Assembly (NCBI GenBank): GCA_943788985.1
Contig: CALSSJ010000011.1
Span: 64,001-128,000, forward strand
Source: an uncultured Lentisphaerales bacterium
GTDB lineage: Bacteria; Verrucomicrobiota; Lentisphaeria; JABSQK01; UBA12247
Direction: 5' to 3'
DNA: 64,000 nt
This document shows positions 21,154-29,685 of the stretch, piece after piece. Below the pieces are notes generated by a model. The model was given only the letters and a program-made list of their open reading frames with translations. It had not been told where the DNA came from and did not search any database. The position numbers were made by a program, and so were the translations under genes. The number at the start of each line of letters is the position of its first letter. Within the stretch, counting starts at the first letter, position 1.

Positions 21154-22365
21154 CTACCTTCTGCCGTACTTGAGTACCGGTACGAGCATCAGGCTCGCAC
21201 CCGTCATTAGGGCAGCTGCCAGCCAACCGATCTGGTTGATGGGAAGCCACTCGTGGGTGAGCATTAAGTAGGCCAGGTAGGGGCCGATCATGGCGCGAGT
21301 TGCGGTGAGGAACGTGTGCACCGCCATGTACTCGGCGGTATGCTCCTCCTTGGCAAACTTGGTCACCCACAAGGTCCAGGCAACCGTCCCGCCACCCCGG
21401 CCAATGCCAAAGCAAACCGTGCCCAGAATAATGCCGGAGACGGTCCCCGTGAAGTAGGTGAGTAGACTGAGAATGAAGGCACAGTTGATCGCGATGCGCA
21501 GCGCAAAGAAATTGACGCGATCGAACATGCGTCCCCAAACGTACATCGCGCCAACTGATACTGCCTCGGGCAGAACCATCAGCAGAAAGACTGCGTACGC
21601 AGCGTCAAGATTTAAGTAGTCCGGCGACGCCGCCAACTCAGTGCGCAAAGGGATCGTCGCCAGGTTCGCGATCCCCATGATGTACCAGACCAGGCTGACG
21701 TAGCCGAATAGACGGTCCTGGACTAGAAAGCGGAGACACCGCAGCGGATTCACTGATGCAGTCGCGTCCAGAGCGACCGAGGGTACGCGCCAGATGGCAG
21801 CACCGCCGATCAGGCAGAGGATGGCCAGGCCAAATAGCACGGGCCGGAATCTCCCGGCATCATCGCCCATGTACTGTGAAATGATCAAGCCGCCGACCAA
21901 GGCAGAAACGGCTGCGGACATCGCCACCAGACTGAAGGTGCGCCCGCGCTTCTTGGCGCCAACATTCTGCCGCCAGAGTGCGGGGATTAGTGGCAGGCTG
22001 GTGCCAAGCAACGGCCCGCCAATCAGGATTCCGCCGACGAATGGCCAAAGCCCTGTGCTGCTTCCTGCCAAAATGAGGCCGCCAGCGCTCAGGGCCGCCG
22101 TGAAGGCGAGCACGCGGGTGATCGGGACTTGCGCCCGGCTCACCAGCAGAGTGGTGAGGGGAGCCAGAATCATGCCCAGCGCCACAGACACCGTCAGTAG
22201 CCATTTTGCGGTCGCTGTCGCCTCAAAGTGCTGAATGGCCACAATCATGACCACACCGGTAGGGTGAAGGCTGGCGATCACTGGCGAGAGGAGCATGGAA
22301 CGGGCTAGCTCACCCTTCATCGGGCCAAGATCGAAGCGCGCTTCTTTGTCCCCCTGGGCAGTCAT
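21154..22365 (-). CDS. MFS transporter
   Basis: 403 aa with about 11-12 hydrophobic segments and loop motifs KRGR and WGRMFDR. Confidence 0.8.
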   Translation of the reverse strand: MTAQGDKEARFDLGPMKGELARSMLLSPVIASLHPTGVVMIVAIQHFEATATAKWLLTVSVALGMILAPLTTLLVSRAQVPITRVLAFTAALSAGGLILAGSSTGLWPFVGGILIGGPLLGTSLPLIPALWRQNVGAKKRGRTFSLVAMSAAVSALVGGLIISQYMGDDAGRFRPVLFGLAILCLIGGAAIWRVPSVALDATASVNPLRCLRFLVQDRLFGYVSLVWYIMGIANLATIPLRTELAASPDYLNLDAAYAVFLLMVLPEAVSVGAMYVWGRMFDRVNFFALRIAINCAFILSLLTYFTGTVSGIILGTVCFGIGRGGGTVAWTLWVTKFAKEEHTAEYMAVHTFLTATRAMIGPYLAYLMLTHEWLPINQIGWLAAALMTGASLMLVPVLKYGRR

Positions 22366-22385
22366 TGGGCGGCAGAGAGGCGTAG

Positions 22386-24062
22386 TCAGAGGCGGAACAT
22401 CGCTCCCATGCGATCGCCCAACATACGCGTTGCAAACAGGATGCTACAGCCGAGAAAGGCCATCGCCCAGACACCAAACGCGCACGCAATATACGGTCCG
22501 GATCCCAGAACCATCGATAGCTCATAGATCGCACGGGTGATCGGGAAGTATTCCATCTTCTGCGCCAAAATGAGCGAATCGGACACCTCGAGCATGGAGA
22601 AGCTGAAGGCAAAGACCATGCCGCCAATGAGGTTGGCAAAGATGAGCGGGACTGTGATGCGGCTGAGTACCGTAAACGATTTGGCTCCGAGATTCGCGGC
22701 GGCCCGCTCGAGGTCCTCAGGGGTTTGCTGCAGGCCTGCGGTAGCGGCGCGTAGCACGTAGGGCAGCCTTCTGGTGCCATAAGCAATGATCAGCAGCAAG
22801 GTTGGATTCTCGATTGGGTCGAGCCAGCTGCGGAGCCAGTCGTAGCGGGTTGCCATGCTCAGATAGCCAAAGGCAAGAATGATCCCGGGAACAGCCAGTG
22901 GCAACATCGCGATCCCATCGAGCAGGCGCCAGCCCGGTGGCTTCCAGCGCACTGCGACCAAGGCCACAAGCAGGCCCAGGACGACAGCGCCGCACGTGGC
23001 AATGGAAGCATACAGGACGCTGTTGCCAATGCTCGGTACGACAAAGTCATGGGTCACAGCATCTTGGTAGAAGCGCAGGGTGTAGGCGCTCGGCAGAATG
23101 GTCTCGTGCCAGTCTCGCGACACGGATAGCAGCAACACGCCGAAGTGGGGAAAAATCGCCAGCAAGCTCAACCCGATAAACAGGGCCGTGACGCCCCAGC
23201 GCTGCCAAGCATGCGGTAGTTCTGCGGGCTTGGCACCACTGCTGGACTTCATCGAGCCGAGATCCTGGGCCCGACCAAGGAAGTAGTGCCCGACAAAGTA
23301 AAGCAGGCTGCTTACCACCAAGAGGACCACCACCAAGCTGTACGCCGTCGGATTGGAGTTTAGCTCGCCGATTCCAGCGAAGATTTGCGCCGGTGTCACA
23401 TCGAGATAGCCCAGCATCAGCGGCGTGCCGAGCTCGGTAAAGCTCCAGATAAAGACGATGACCCCGCCGGCAAACAGGCCGGGGCGAATTAATGGCAGAG
23501 TAATTGTGCGCAGGCGTTCCCACTCGCTGGCGCCGAGGTTTCGCGCCGCTTCATCCATCGCTGGGTCGATATTTGCCAGGGACGTGCGCACGTTCAGGTA
23601 CAGGATCGGGTAGAGGTGCAACGCCTCCAGCAGGCAGACTGCGGCAAATCGATGCTGGCCCAGCCAATCCGGACCTTGGCCTGGGGCAACCAAGCCGATT
23701 GCCGTGAGCAGCGAGTTGAACGCACCGGTCCGTTCGAAAAGCTGCTGGACACCCAGCGCGCCGACAAAAGGCGGCAGTATGAGGGGGAGGAGGACCAGAG
23801 CATTAGTCCAACTGCGCAGCGGGAAGTCATAGCGATGGGCAATCATCGCCATCGGGATCGAGACGACTGCAACCAAGACCGTCACAACCGTGGCGATCTT
23901 GAAGGCATTGATGAACCCGCTTACGTAAACCGGGTTTTGCACGGCCTCGAGCAGGTAGATCGGCTGCAGGCCCTCGAGCAGAATGGTGTACAGCGGCAGC
24001 ACCAGAAATACACCAAAGAATGTAAACAGCAGGACAACGGTTGCGGTGCGAACGATCTTCAA
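22386..24062 (-). CDS. Fe3+/thiamine-type ABC transporter permease (two fused TM domains)
   Basis: Duplicated LPLILPPFV / LPLAVPGII segments and two EAA loops (EAARNLGA, ERAAANLGA). Confidence 0.9.
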   Translation of the reverse strand: MKIVRTATVVLLFTFFGVFLVLPLYTILLEGLQPIYLLEAVQNPVYVSGFINAFKIATVVTVLVAVVSIPMAMIAHRYDFPLRSWTNALVLLPLILPPFVGALGVQQLFERTGAFNSLLTAIGLVAPGQGPDWLGQHRFAAVCLLEALHLYPILYLNVRTSLANIDPAMDEAARNLGASEWERLRTITLPLIRPGLFAGGVIVFIWSFTELGTPLMLGYLDVTPAQIFAGIGELNSNPTAYSLVVVLLVVSSLLYFVGHYFLGRAQDLGSMKSSSGAKPAELPHAWQRWGVTALFIGLSLLAIFPHFGVLLLSVSRDWHETILPSAYTLRFYQDAVTHDFVVPSIGNSVLYASIATCGAVVLGLLVALVAVRWKPPGWRLLDGIAMLPLAVPGIILAFGYLSMATRYDWLRSWLDPIENPTLLLIIAYGTRRLPYVLRAATAGLQQTPEDLERAAANLGAKSFTVLSRITVPLIFANLIGGMVFAFSFSMLEVSDSLILAQKMEYFPITRAIYELSMVLGSGPYIACAFGVWAMAFLGCSILFATRMLGDRMGAMFRL

Positions 24063-24110
24063 TATCCCGTCCCCGGAGTGATGCGTGTTACTAGCCTGGA
24101 TAGTTCATGC

Positions 24111-24153
24111 CAGTCCGTTCAGTCCGTTCAGTCCGTTCAGTCGTTCAGTCGAT
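24111..24153. repeat. 9-bp tandem repeat (CAGTCCGTT)x3 plus two degenerate units
   Basis: cagtccgtt cagtccgtt cagtccgtt cagtcgtt cagtcgat, overlapping the stop codon at 24145. Confidence 0.9.
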
Positions 24154-25671
24154 GAGTAGGTCGAGATCGTCGTCATCGTCATCGTCGAGCAGGCTCGAAA
24201 CCTTGCGGCTGGTCGCGCCCATCTTGGCCAAGTCAAACGATGGCAAATAGCGGTAGTAGACTTCTAACTGCAGGCAGCACAACGTAGTGGAGAACACTTT
24301 GCCTTCCACGCCAGTTTTCTTATGAATCTCCACATCCCAGTAGCCTTCCTCATGCTGATTGTTGATCAGCACCGGCTCAAATACTTTACGCCATTTCTTC
24401 CAGGCGGAGCCACCTTCATTGAAGGCAGCCTGCGTGTCGTAGTACCAACCATACAGGCTGTGTGCGGCCGCTTCCTTAAAGTCCTTTTTTGCGTGTTCAT
24501 AGCCTTCTAACCGCGATTTCATGATCGTATTGTCCAAGGCACCGCTTATTTCCTTGGCCTTCTTGTCGCCGAGCAGCTGGAGACAGACCGCGCCCACACC
24601 GGTCATGTTCCTGCCGGCGCCTGGACTGCTATAGCCGAACTTGTAGTTCTTATAGGTCGACTTGGTAAACTTGATCGACTTGTCAATGGCCTCATGGAGC
24701 CCCTTATTGCTGGCTCCGGCGACGTATCCAGCCTTCATTGCCTGCATCTGCCAGCCAGCGACAGACAGGTCCCAGCGTTCGCCCTTTTTAAAGCCGTAGT
24801 CGTAGCCACCGCCGCGCTGCTGACCTTTAATGAGCACGTCCAGGCCATCTTCCATCGCCCGCTTCAGAAATGGGATCTGGGTCATGCCGTAAGCCTCGGC
24901 AAGCGCATAGGTGATAATCCCGTGGGAGTAGGCCCCTCTGCCACCGGGAAAGCTCTTGCCGTTGGACGGCATCCGTTCAGCGAGCCACTGCATTGCCTTC
25001 TGGACTGTGACGCCAAACTCTTCTGACAGCGGGGTATCGCCATGCGCCAGAAAACAGAGCAAGGCCAAGGCCGTAAATGCCGGATCCCCCGGCCAGGAGC
25101 CATCGTTCTTCTGCACTTTCTGCAGCCAGCGAAGGGCGCGCAGCACTGCGTCCTGGCCAGCGCCGGAACCGCCGTGCCTTCTTACGGTCGCGGCTCGCCC
25201 GGCAGCGGAACGCCCTCCGTAGAGCGACGACAGCTTTAAGGGGGACATCGTCGGTTGGACGTCCAGCTGCTCTTCAAACTCAGAATTGTCATCCGTCTGC
25301 GGCGCTTCGTCGCTGACGTCCTCTAAGGCCACATCTGCCTCGGTTTCCGTAGGCGTTGGCGCTTCTACGCTGATCTCCGGCGCCACATCGTCGAAAGTCT
25401 CTTCTTCAATCTCCTCGATCTCCTCGATCATCTCTTCTTCGAGTTCGACGATCTCAATCTCTTCCACCGTAATTTCGATGGCTGGCTCTTCATACTCTGT
25501 CGTGCTGGTTGCGAACACCGCAAGCATCCCGAGGACAAGGACGTGCACGACGAATGAAATCGCCGGGCCGATCATGTGCTCGCGCATTTGCTTCGCACGG
25601 TATGCCGCGAGTATCGCTTCGACATCAGCGTCGTGGCTGGAGCTCTCCTGAGCCTCAATATCTTCAGACAT
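24145..25671 (-). CDS. Membrane-anchored prenyltransferase/squalene oxidase repeat (alpha/alpha barrel) protein, copy A
   Basis: N-terminal TM helix, very acidic linker, QW-like repeats (WLQKVQKNDGSW, GQQRGGGY, NQHEEGYW), LEVYYRYLP, poly-Asp tail. Confidence 0.85.
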   Translation of the reverse strand: MSEDIEAQESSSHDADVEAILAAYRAKQMREHMIGPAISFVVHVLVLGMLAVFATSTTEYEEPAIEITVEEIEIVELEEEMIEEIEEIEEETFDDVAPEISVEAPTPTETEADVALEDVSDEAPQTDDNSEFEEQLDVQPTMSPLKLSSLYGGRSAAGRAATVRRHGGSGAGQDAVLRALRWLQKVQKNDGSWPGDPAFTALALLCFLAHGDTPLSEEFGVTVQKAMQWLAERMPSNGKSFPGGRGAYSHGIITYALAEAYGMTQIPFLKRAMEDGLDVLIKGQQRGGGYDYGFKKGERWDLSVAGWQMQAMKAGYVAGASNKGLHEAIDKSIKFTKSTYKNYKFGYSSPGAGRNMTGVGAVCLQLLGDKKAKEISGALDNTIMKSRLEGYEHAKKDFKEAAAHSLYGWYYDTQAAFNEGGSAWKKWRKVFEPVLINNQHEEGYWDVEIHKKTGVEGKVFSTTLCCLQLEVYYRYLPSFDLAKMGATSRKVSSLLDDDDDDDLDLLID

Positions 25672-25724
25672 AATAACATCCCCAAAGTAACTATAAGGTC
25701 TATATCTTCATTTCTGCAACCTTC

Positions 25725-25752
25725 ACCGTAGCCGTCCCGTCTTTCGTCGCAA
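25725..25752 (-). promoter_or_regulatory. Putative sigma70 promoter of copy A
   Basis: Minus strand TTGCGA-N16-TACGGT. A homologous TGGCGA-N16-TACGTT lies upstream of copy B. Confidence 0.35.
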
Positions 25753-25949
25753 GTGCGGGGCAGGGATTTGTACGGTAGAAACTGCCCCCCTCGCACGATC
25801 GCAGAAGGCCGCCGAAGGGGCGAGGGCCAGCAGCTTCAGGAGTTCATTTGCGGCCAGCGAAGAATGTCGCTGTCTCGTGACCCTGCTGCGCTCACAGCTT
25901 CACGGCCGGTGGATCATCCTTTCCCGGTGTAATGCGTGCGACTGGTCGT

Positions 25950-27476
25950 TCAGTCGATCAGCAGGTCGAGATCGTCGTCATCGTCATCGTCGAGCAGGCT
26001 CGAAACCTTGCGGCTGGTCGCGCCCATCTTGCCCAAGTCAAACGATGGCAGATAGCGGTAGTAAACTTCCAACTGCAGGCAGGCCAGCGTGGTGGAGAGG
26101 ATTTTTCCTGGCACCCCGGTCTTCTTGTGAATCTCTACATCCCAATAGCCTTCTTTGTGCTGATTATTGATCAGCACGGGCTCAAAGACTTTACGCCATT
26201 TCTTCCAGTCCGAGCCACCCTCATTGAAGGCAGCCTGCGTGTCGTAGTACCAACCATACAGGCTGTGTGCGGCCGCTTCTTTAAAATCTTTTCTTGCGTG
26301 CTCATACCCCTCTAGTCGCTTTTTCATGATTGTGTTATCCAAGGCACCACCAATTTCCTTGGCCTTCTTGGCGCCCAGTAGCTGAAGGCAGACTATGCCC
26401 ACACCCGTCATGTTTTTGCCGGAGCCTGGGCTGCTATAGCCAAACTTGTAGTTTTTGTAGGTCGACTTGGTAAACACAATCGACTTGTCGATCGCCTCAT
26501 GGAGTCCCTTATTGCTCGCACCGGCGACGTAGCCAGCCTTCATGGCCTGCATCTGCCAACCGGCGACAGACAGATCCCAGCGCTCACCCTTTTTGAACTT
26601 GTAGTCGAAACCACCACCGCGCTGTTGGCCTTTGATGATCACGTCCAGGCCGTCTTCCATTGCCCGCTTCAAAAATGGGATCTGGGTCATGCCATAGGCC
26701 TCAGCAAGCGCATAGGTAATAATCCCGTGGGAGTAAGAATTGCTATCACGTGGAAACGACTTTCCGTCGGACGGCATCCGTTCGGCGAGCCACTGCATTG
26801 CCTTCTGGACCGTGACGCCAAACTCTTCGGACAGCGGGGTATCGCCATGCGCCAGAAAGCAGAGCAAGGCCAAGCCCGTATTGGCCGGATCCCCCGGCCA
26901 GGAGCCATCACTCGTCTGCACTTTCTGCAACCAGCGAAGGGCGCGCAGCACTGCGTCCTGGCCAGCGCCGGAACCGCCGTGCCTTCTTACGGTCGCGGCT
27001 CGCCCGGCAGCGGAACGCCCACCGTAGAGCGACGACAGCTTTAACGGGGACATTGTCGGCTGTACGTCCAGCTGCTCTTCAAACTCAGAATTGTCATCCG
27101 TCTGCGGCGCTTCGTCGCTGACGTCCTCCAAGGCCACATCTGCCTCGGTTTCCGTAGGCGTTGGCGCTTCTACGCTGATCTCCGGTGCTACATCGTCAAA
27201 AGTCTCTTCTTCAATCTCCTCGATCTCCTCGATCATCTCTTCTTCAAGCTCGACGATCTCGATCTCTTCCACCGTAATTTCGATGGCTGGCTCTTCATAC
27301 TCTGTCGTGCTGGTTGCGAACACCGCAAGCATCCCGAGGACAAGGACGTGCACGACAAATGAAATCGCCGGGCCGATCATGTGCTCGCGCATTTGCTTTG
27401 CACGGTATGCCGCGAGTATCGCTTCGACATCAGCGTCGTGGCTGGAGCTCTCCTGAGCCTCAATATCTTCAGACAT
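25950..27476 (-). CDS. Membrane-anchored prenyltransferase-repeat protein, copy B
   Basis: Same 508-aa length as copy A. First 187 aa identical, about 28 substitutions afterwards (manual comparison). Confidence 0.85.
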   Translation of the reverse strand: MSEDIEAQESSSHDADVEAILAAYRAKQMREHMIGPAISFVVHVLVLGMLAVFATSTTEYEEPAIEITVEEIEIVELEEEMIEEIEEIEEETFDDVAPEISVEAPTPTETEADVALEDVSDEAPQTDDNSEFEEQLDVQPTMSPLKLSSLYGGRSAAGRAATVRRHGGSGAGQDAVLRALRWLQKVQTSDGSWPGDPANTGLALLCFLAHGDTPLSEEFGVTVQKAMQWLAERMPSDGKSFPRDSNSYSHGIITYALAEAYGMTQIPFLKRAMEDGLDVIIKGQQRGGGFDYKFKKGERWDLSVAGWQMQAMKAGYVAGASNKGLHEAIDKSIVFTKSTYKNYKFGYSSPGSGKNMTGVGIVCLQLLGAKKAKEIGGALDNTIMKKRLEGYEHARKDFKEAAAHSLYGWYYDTQAAFNEGGSDWKKWRKVFEPVLINNQHKEGYWDVEIHKKTGVPGKILSTTLACLQLEVYYRYLPSFDLGKMGATSRKVSSLLDDDDDDDLDLLID

Positions 27477-27530
27477 AAATCAAATCCTCGAGGTAACTAC
27501 AAAGTCTGTATCGTAACTTCTGTAACCTTC

Positions 27531-27558
27531 AACGTACCCGTCCCGTCTTGGGTCGCCA
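27531..27558 (-). promoter_or_regulatory. Putative sigma70 promoter of copy B
   Basis: Minus strand TGGCGA-N16-TACGTT, aligned with the copy A element. Confidence 0.3.
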
Positions 27559-27627
27559 GTGAGGGTGCGGAATTCGCGCGGTAGAAGTTACACATGTAGT
27601 CCGGCACCCGCAGCCACGAGGGAGATT

Positions 27628-29145
27628 TCAGTCGATCTGGAGGTCAAGGTCGTCATCATCATCGAGTAGCCACGCGACCTTCTTGCTGGCTGCAGCGACC
27701 TTGTCTAGGTCAAAACATTGCAGGTAGCGGTAGTAGACCTCCAGTTGCAGGCAGCACAGCGTGGTAGAGAAGACTTTTCCGGCCACGCCAGTCTTCCTGT
27801 GAATCTCGACATCCCAGTAGCCTTCCTTGTGCTGATTGTTGATCAGCACCGGCTCAAATACTCGTTGCCATTTTCTCCAGTCCGCGCTGCCCGCATTGAA
27901 AGTAGCCTGGGTGTCGTAGTACCAGCCGTGCAGGTTGTGTTCAGCCTCTTCCTTGAAGGTCGTCCTTGCGTGTTCATACCCTTTCAGGCGTGACGTCATG
28001 ATCGTATTGTCGATGGCCCGGCCCACTTCCTTGGCCTTTTTGTGGCCAAGCAGCTGCAGGCAGACCACGCCCACACCGGTCATGTTCTTGCCTGTCCCTG
28101 GAGCGCTATAGCCAAACCTGTCGTTCTTGTAGGTCGACTTGGTAAACAGGATCGACTTTTCGATCGCCTCATGGAGGCCTTTGTTGCTGGCCCCGGCGAT
28201 GTAGCCCGCCTTCAATGCCTGCATCTGCCAGCCAGCGACAGACAGATCCCAGCGGTCCCCCTTCTGGTACGCGTAGTCGTAGCCACCGCCGGGCTGCTGG
28301 CCTTTCAAAAGGACATCTAGGCCATCTTCCATCGCCCGCTTCAGAAATCGGATCTGGGTCAGGTCGTAGGCCTCGGCAAGCGCGTAGGTGATAATCCCGT
28401 GGGAGTACGCCCCTTTGCCACCTGGAAAGGTCTTTCCCGTAGACGGCATCCGCTCCGCAAGCCACTGAATCGACGTCTGGACTGTGCCGCCGAACTCTTC
28501 GGACCGCGGGTTATCGCCATGGGCTAGAAAGCAGAGCAAGGCCAACCCTGTAAATGCTGGATCACCCAGCCAGGAGCCGTCATCCTGCTGTACCGTCTGC
28601 AACCAGCGGAGGGCGCGCAGCACCGCCTCCTGTCCTGCTCGGGAACCGCCAAACTTCTTCACGGTCGCGGCACGTCCAGCAGCGGATCGCCCGGCATAGA
28701 GAGAGGACAGTGTCAACGGGGCCAGCGTAGGCTGCACGGCCAGCTGCTCTTCGAACTCAGAGTTGTCTTCCGCTTGTGGGGCCTCGTCGCTGACGTCCTC
28801 CGCGGCCAACTCGTCCTCGGTCTCAGCGGGCGTTGGCGCCACCACGCTAATCACTGGAGCCACTTCATCGAGGATTCCTTCCTAGATATCGTCAATCTCG
28901 TCGAGCATCTCGTCATCAAGTTCGACGATCGGGAGCTCTCTCACGTGAATCTCGATCCCGCGCTCTTGTTACTCTTTGGTGCTCGTTGCGAACACCGCAA
29001 GTACCCTCAAGACCAGGATGTGCACCAGAAATGAAATCGCCGGGCCAACCATGTGCTCGCGCATCTGCTTTACCCAGGTCGCGAGAATGGCTTCGACATC
29101 AGCATCGTGGGGTAGGCTCAGCTGAGTCTCGGTGTTTACAGACAT
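27628..29145 (-). pseudogene. Prenyltransferase-repeat protein copy C, 5' region interrupted by two in-frame stops
   Basis: ATG 29145 reads MSVNTETQLSLPHDADVEAIL..GPAISFLVH, in frame with the 411-aa ORF. TAA at 28969-28971 and TAG at 28882-28884 interrupt it. The barrel part (28863-27628) is open. Confidence 0.85.
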
Positions 29146-29332
29146 GGGAATGGGCCTAGTAGAATGTGGAATGATTGAACACGGAGTACCTAACTTATGA
29201 CAACCGCAAGATAGTTTATTGTAGGTATGCTCTGGCAGTCTACGCCAAAAGCAGAGCGCGGAAGGTGCGGTATGGCTGGCGCGAGGAGCTACGGTTCCAG
29301 CTTTGATTTGATCGAGCAGGAGGGTAGGTCGG

Positions 29333-29647
29333 ATGTCCGAATTCAGCGATGTCGCGATTGTTCGCGAGGCAAATGTTTACTTTGAGGGAAAGGTCACCAG
29401 CCGCACGATTCGGTTTCCCGGAGGTGAGAGCAAGACGCTGGGCATCATGTTGCCTGGAGAGTACAGCTTTAATACCGACGTTGCCGAGCACATGGAGGTT
29501 CTAGCTGGTGACCTGGACATCCAGCTGCCCGGCGAAGCCAGCTGGCGTACAATCGCCGGTGGCGAGTCCTTTGAGGTGCCAGCAAGCGCATCGTTTTCGC
29601 TGCGCGTCCGTGCGGTTACGGATTACTGCTGTTCGTATCTAGCCTGA
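29333..29647 (+). CDS. ppnP: Pyrimidine/purine nucleoside phosphorylase
   Basis: ANVYFEGKVTSR, KTLG.MLPGEY.F.T...E.M, YCCSY. CAGGAGG RBS. Confidence 0.93.
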   Translation: MSEFSDVAIVREANVYFEGKVTSRTIRFPGGESKTLGIMLPGEYSFNTDVAEHMEVLAGDLDIQLPGEASWRTIAGGESFEVPASASFSLRVRAVTDYCCSYLA

Positions 29648-29685
29648 CCTGAGCAGGCGAGCTGTGCGCACCTGTCTTGGCGTCG

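Noticed and set aside
24145..29145. Triplicated genes as DGR variants or as true squalene-hopene cyclases
   Set aside because: The differences are not adenine-specific and include synonymous changes. There is no DxDD catalytic motif and only one barrel.
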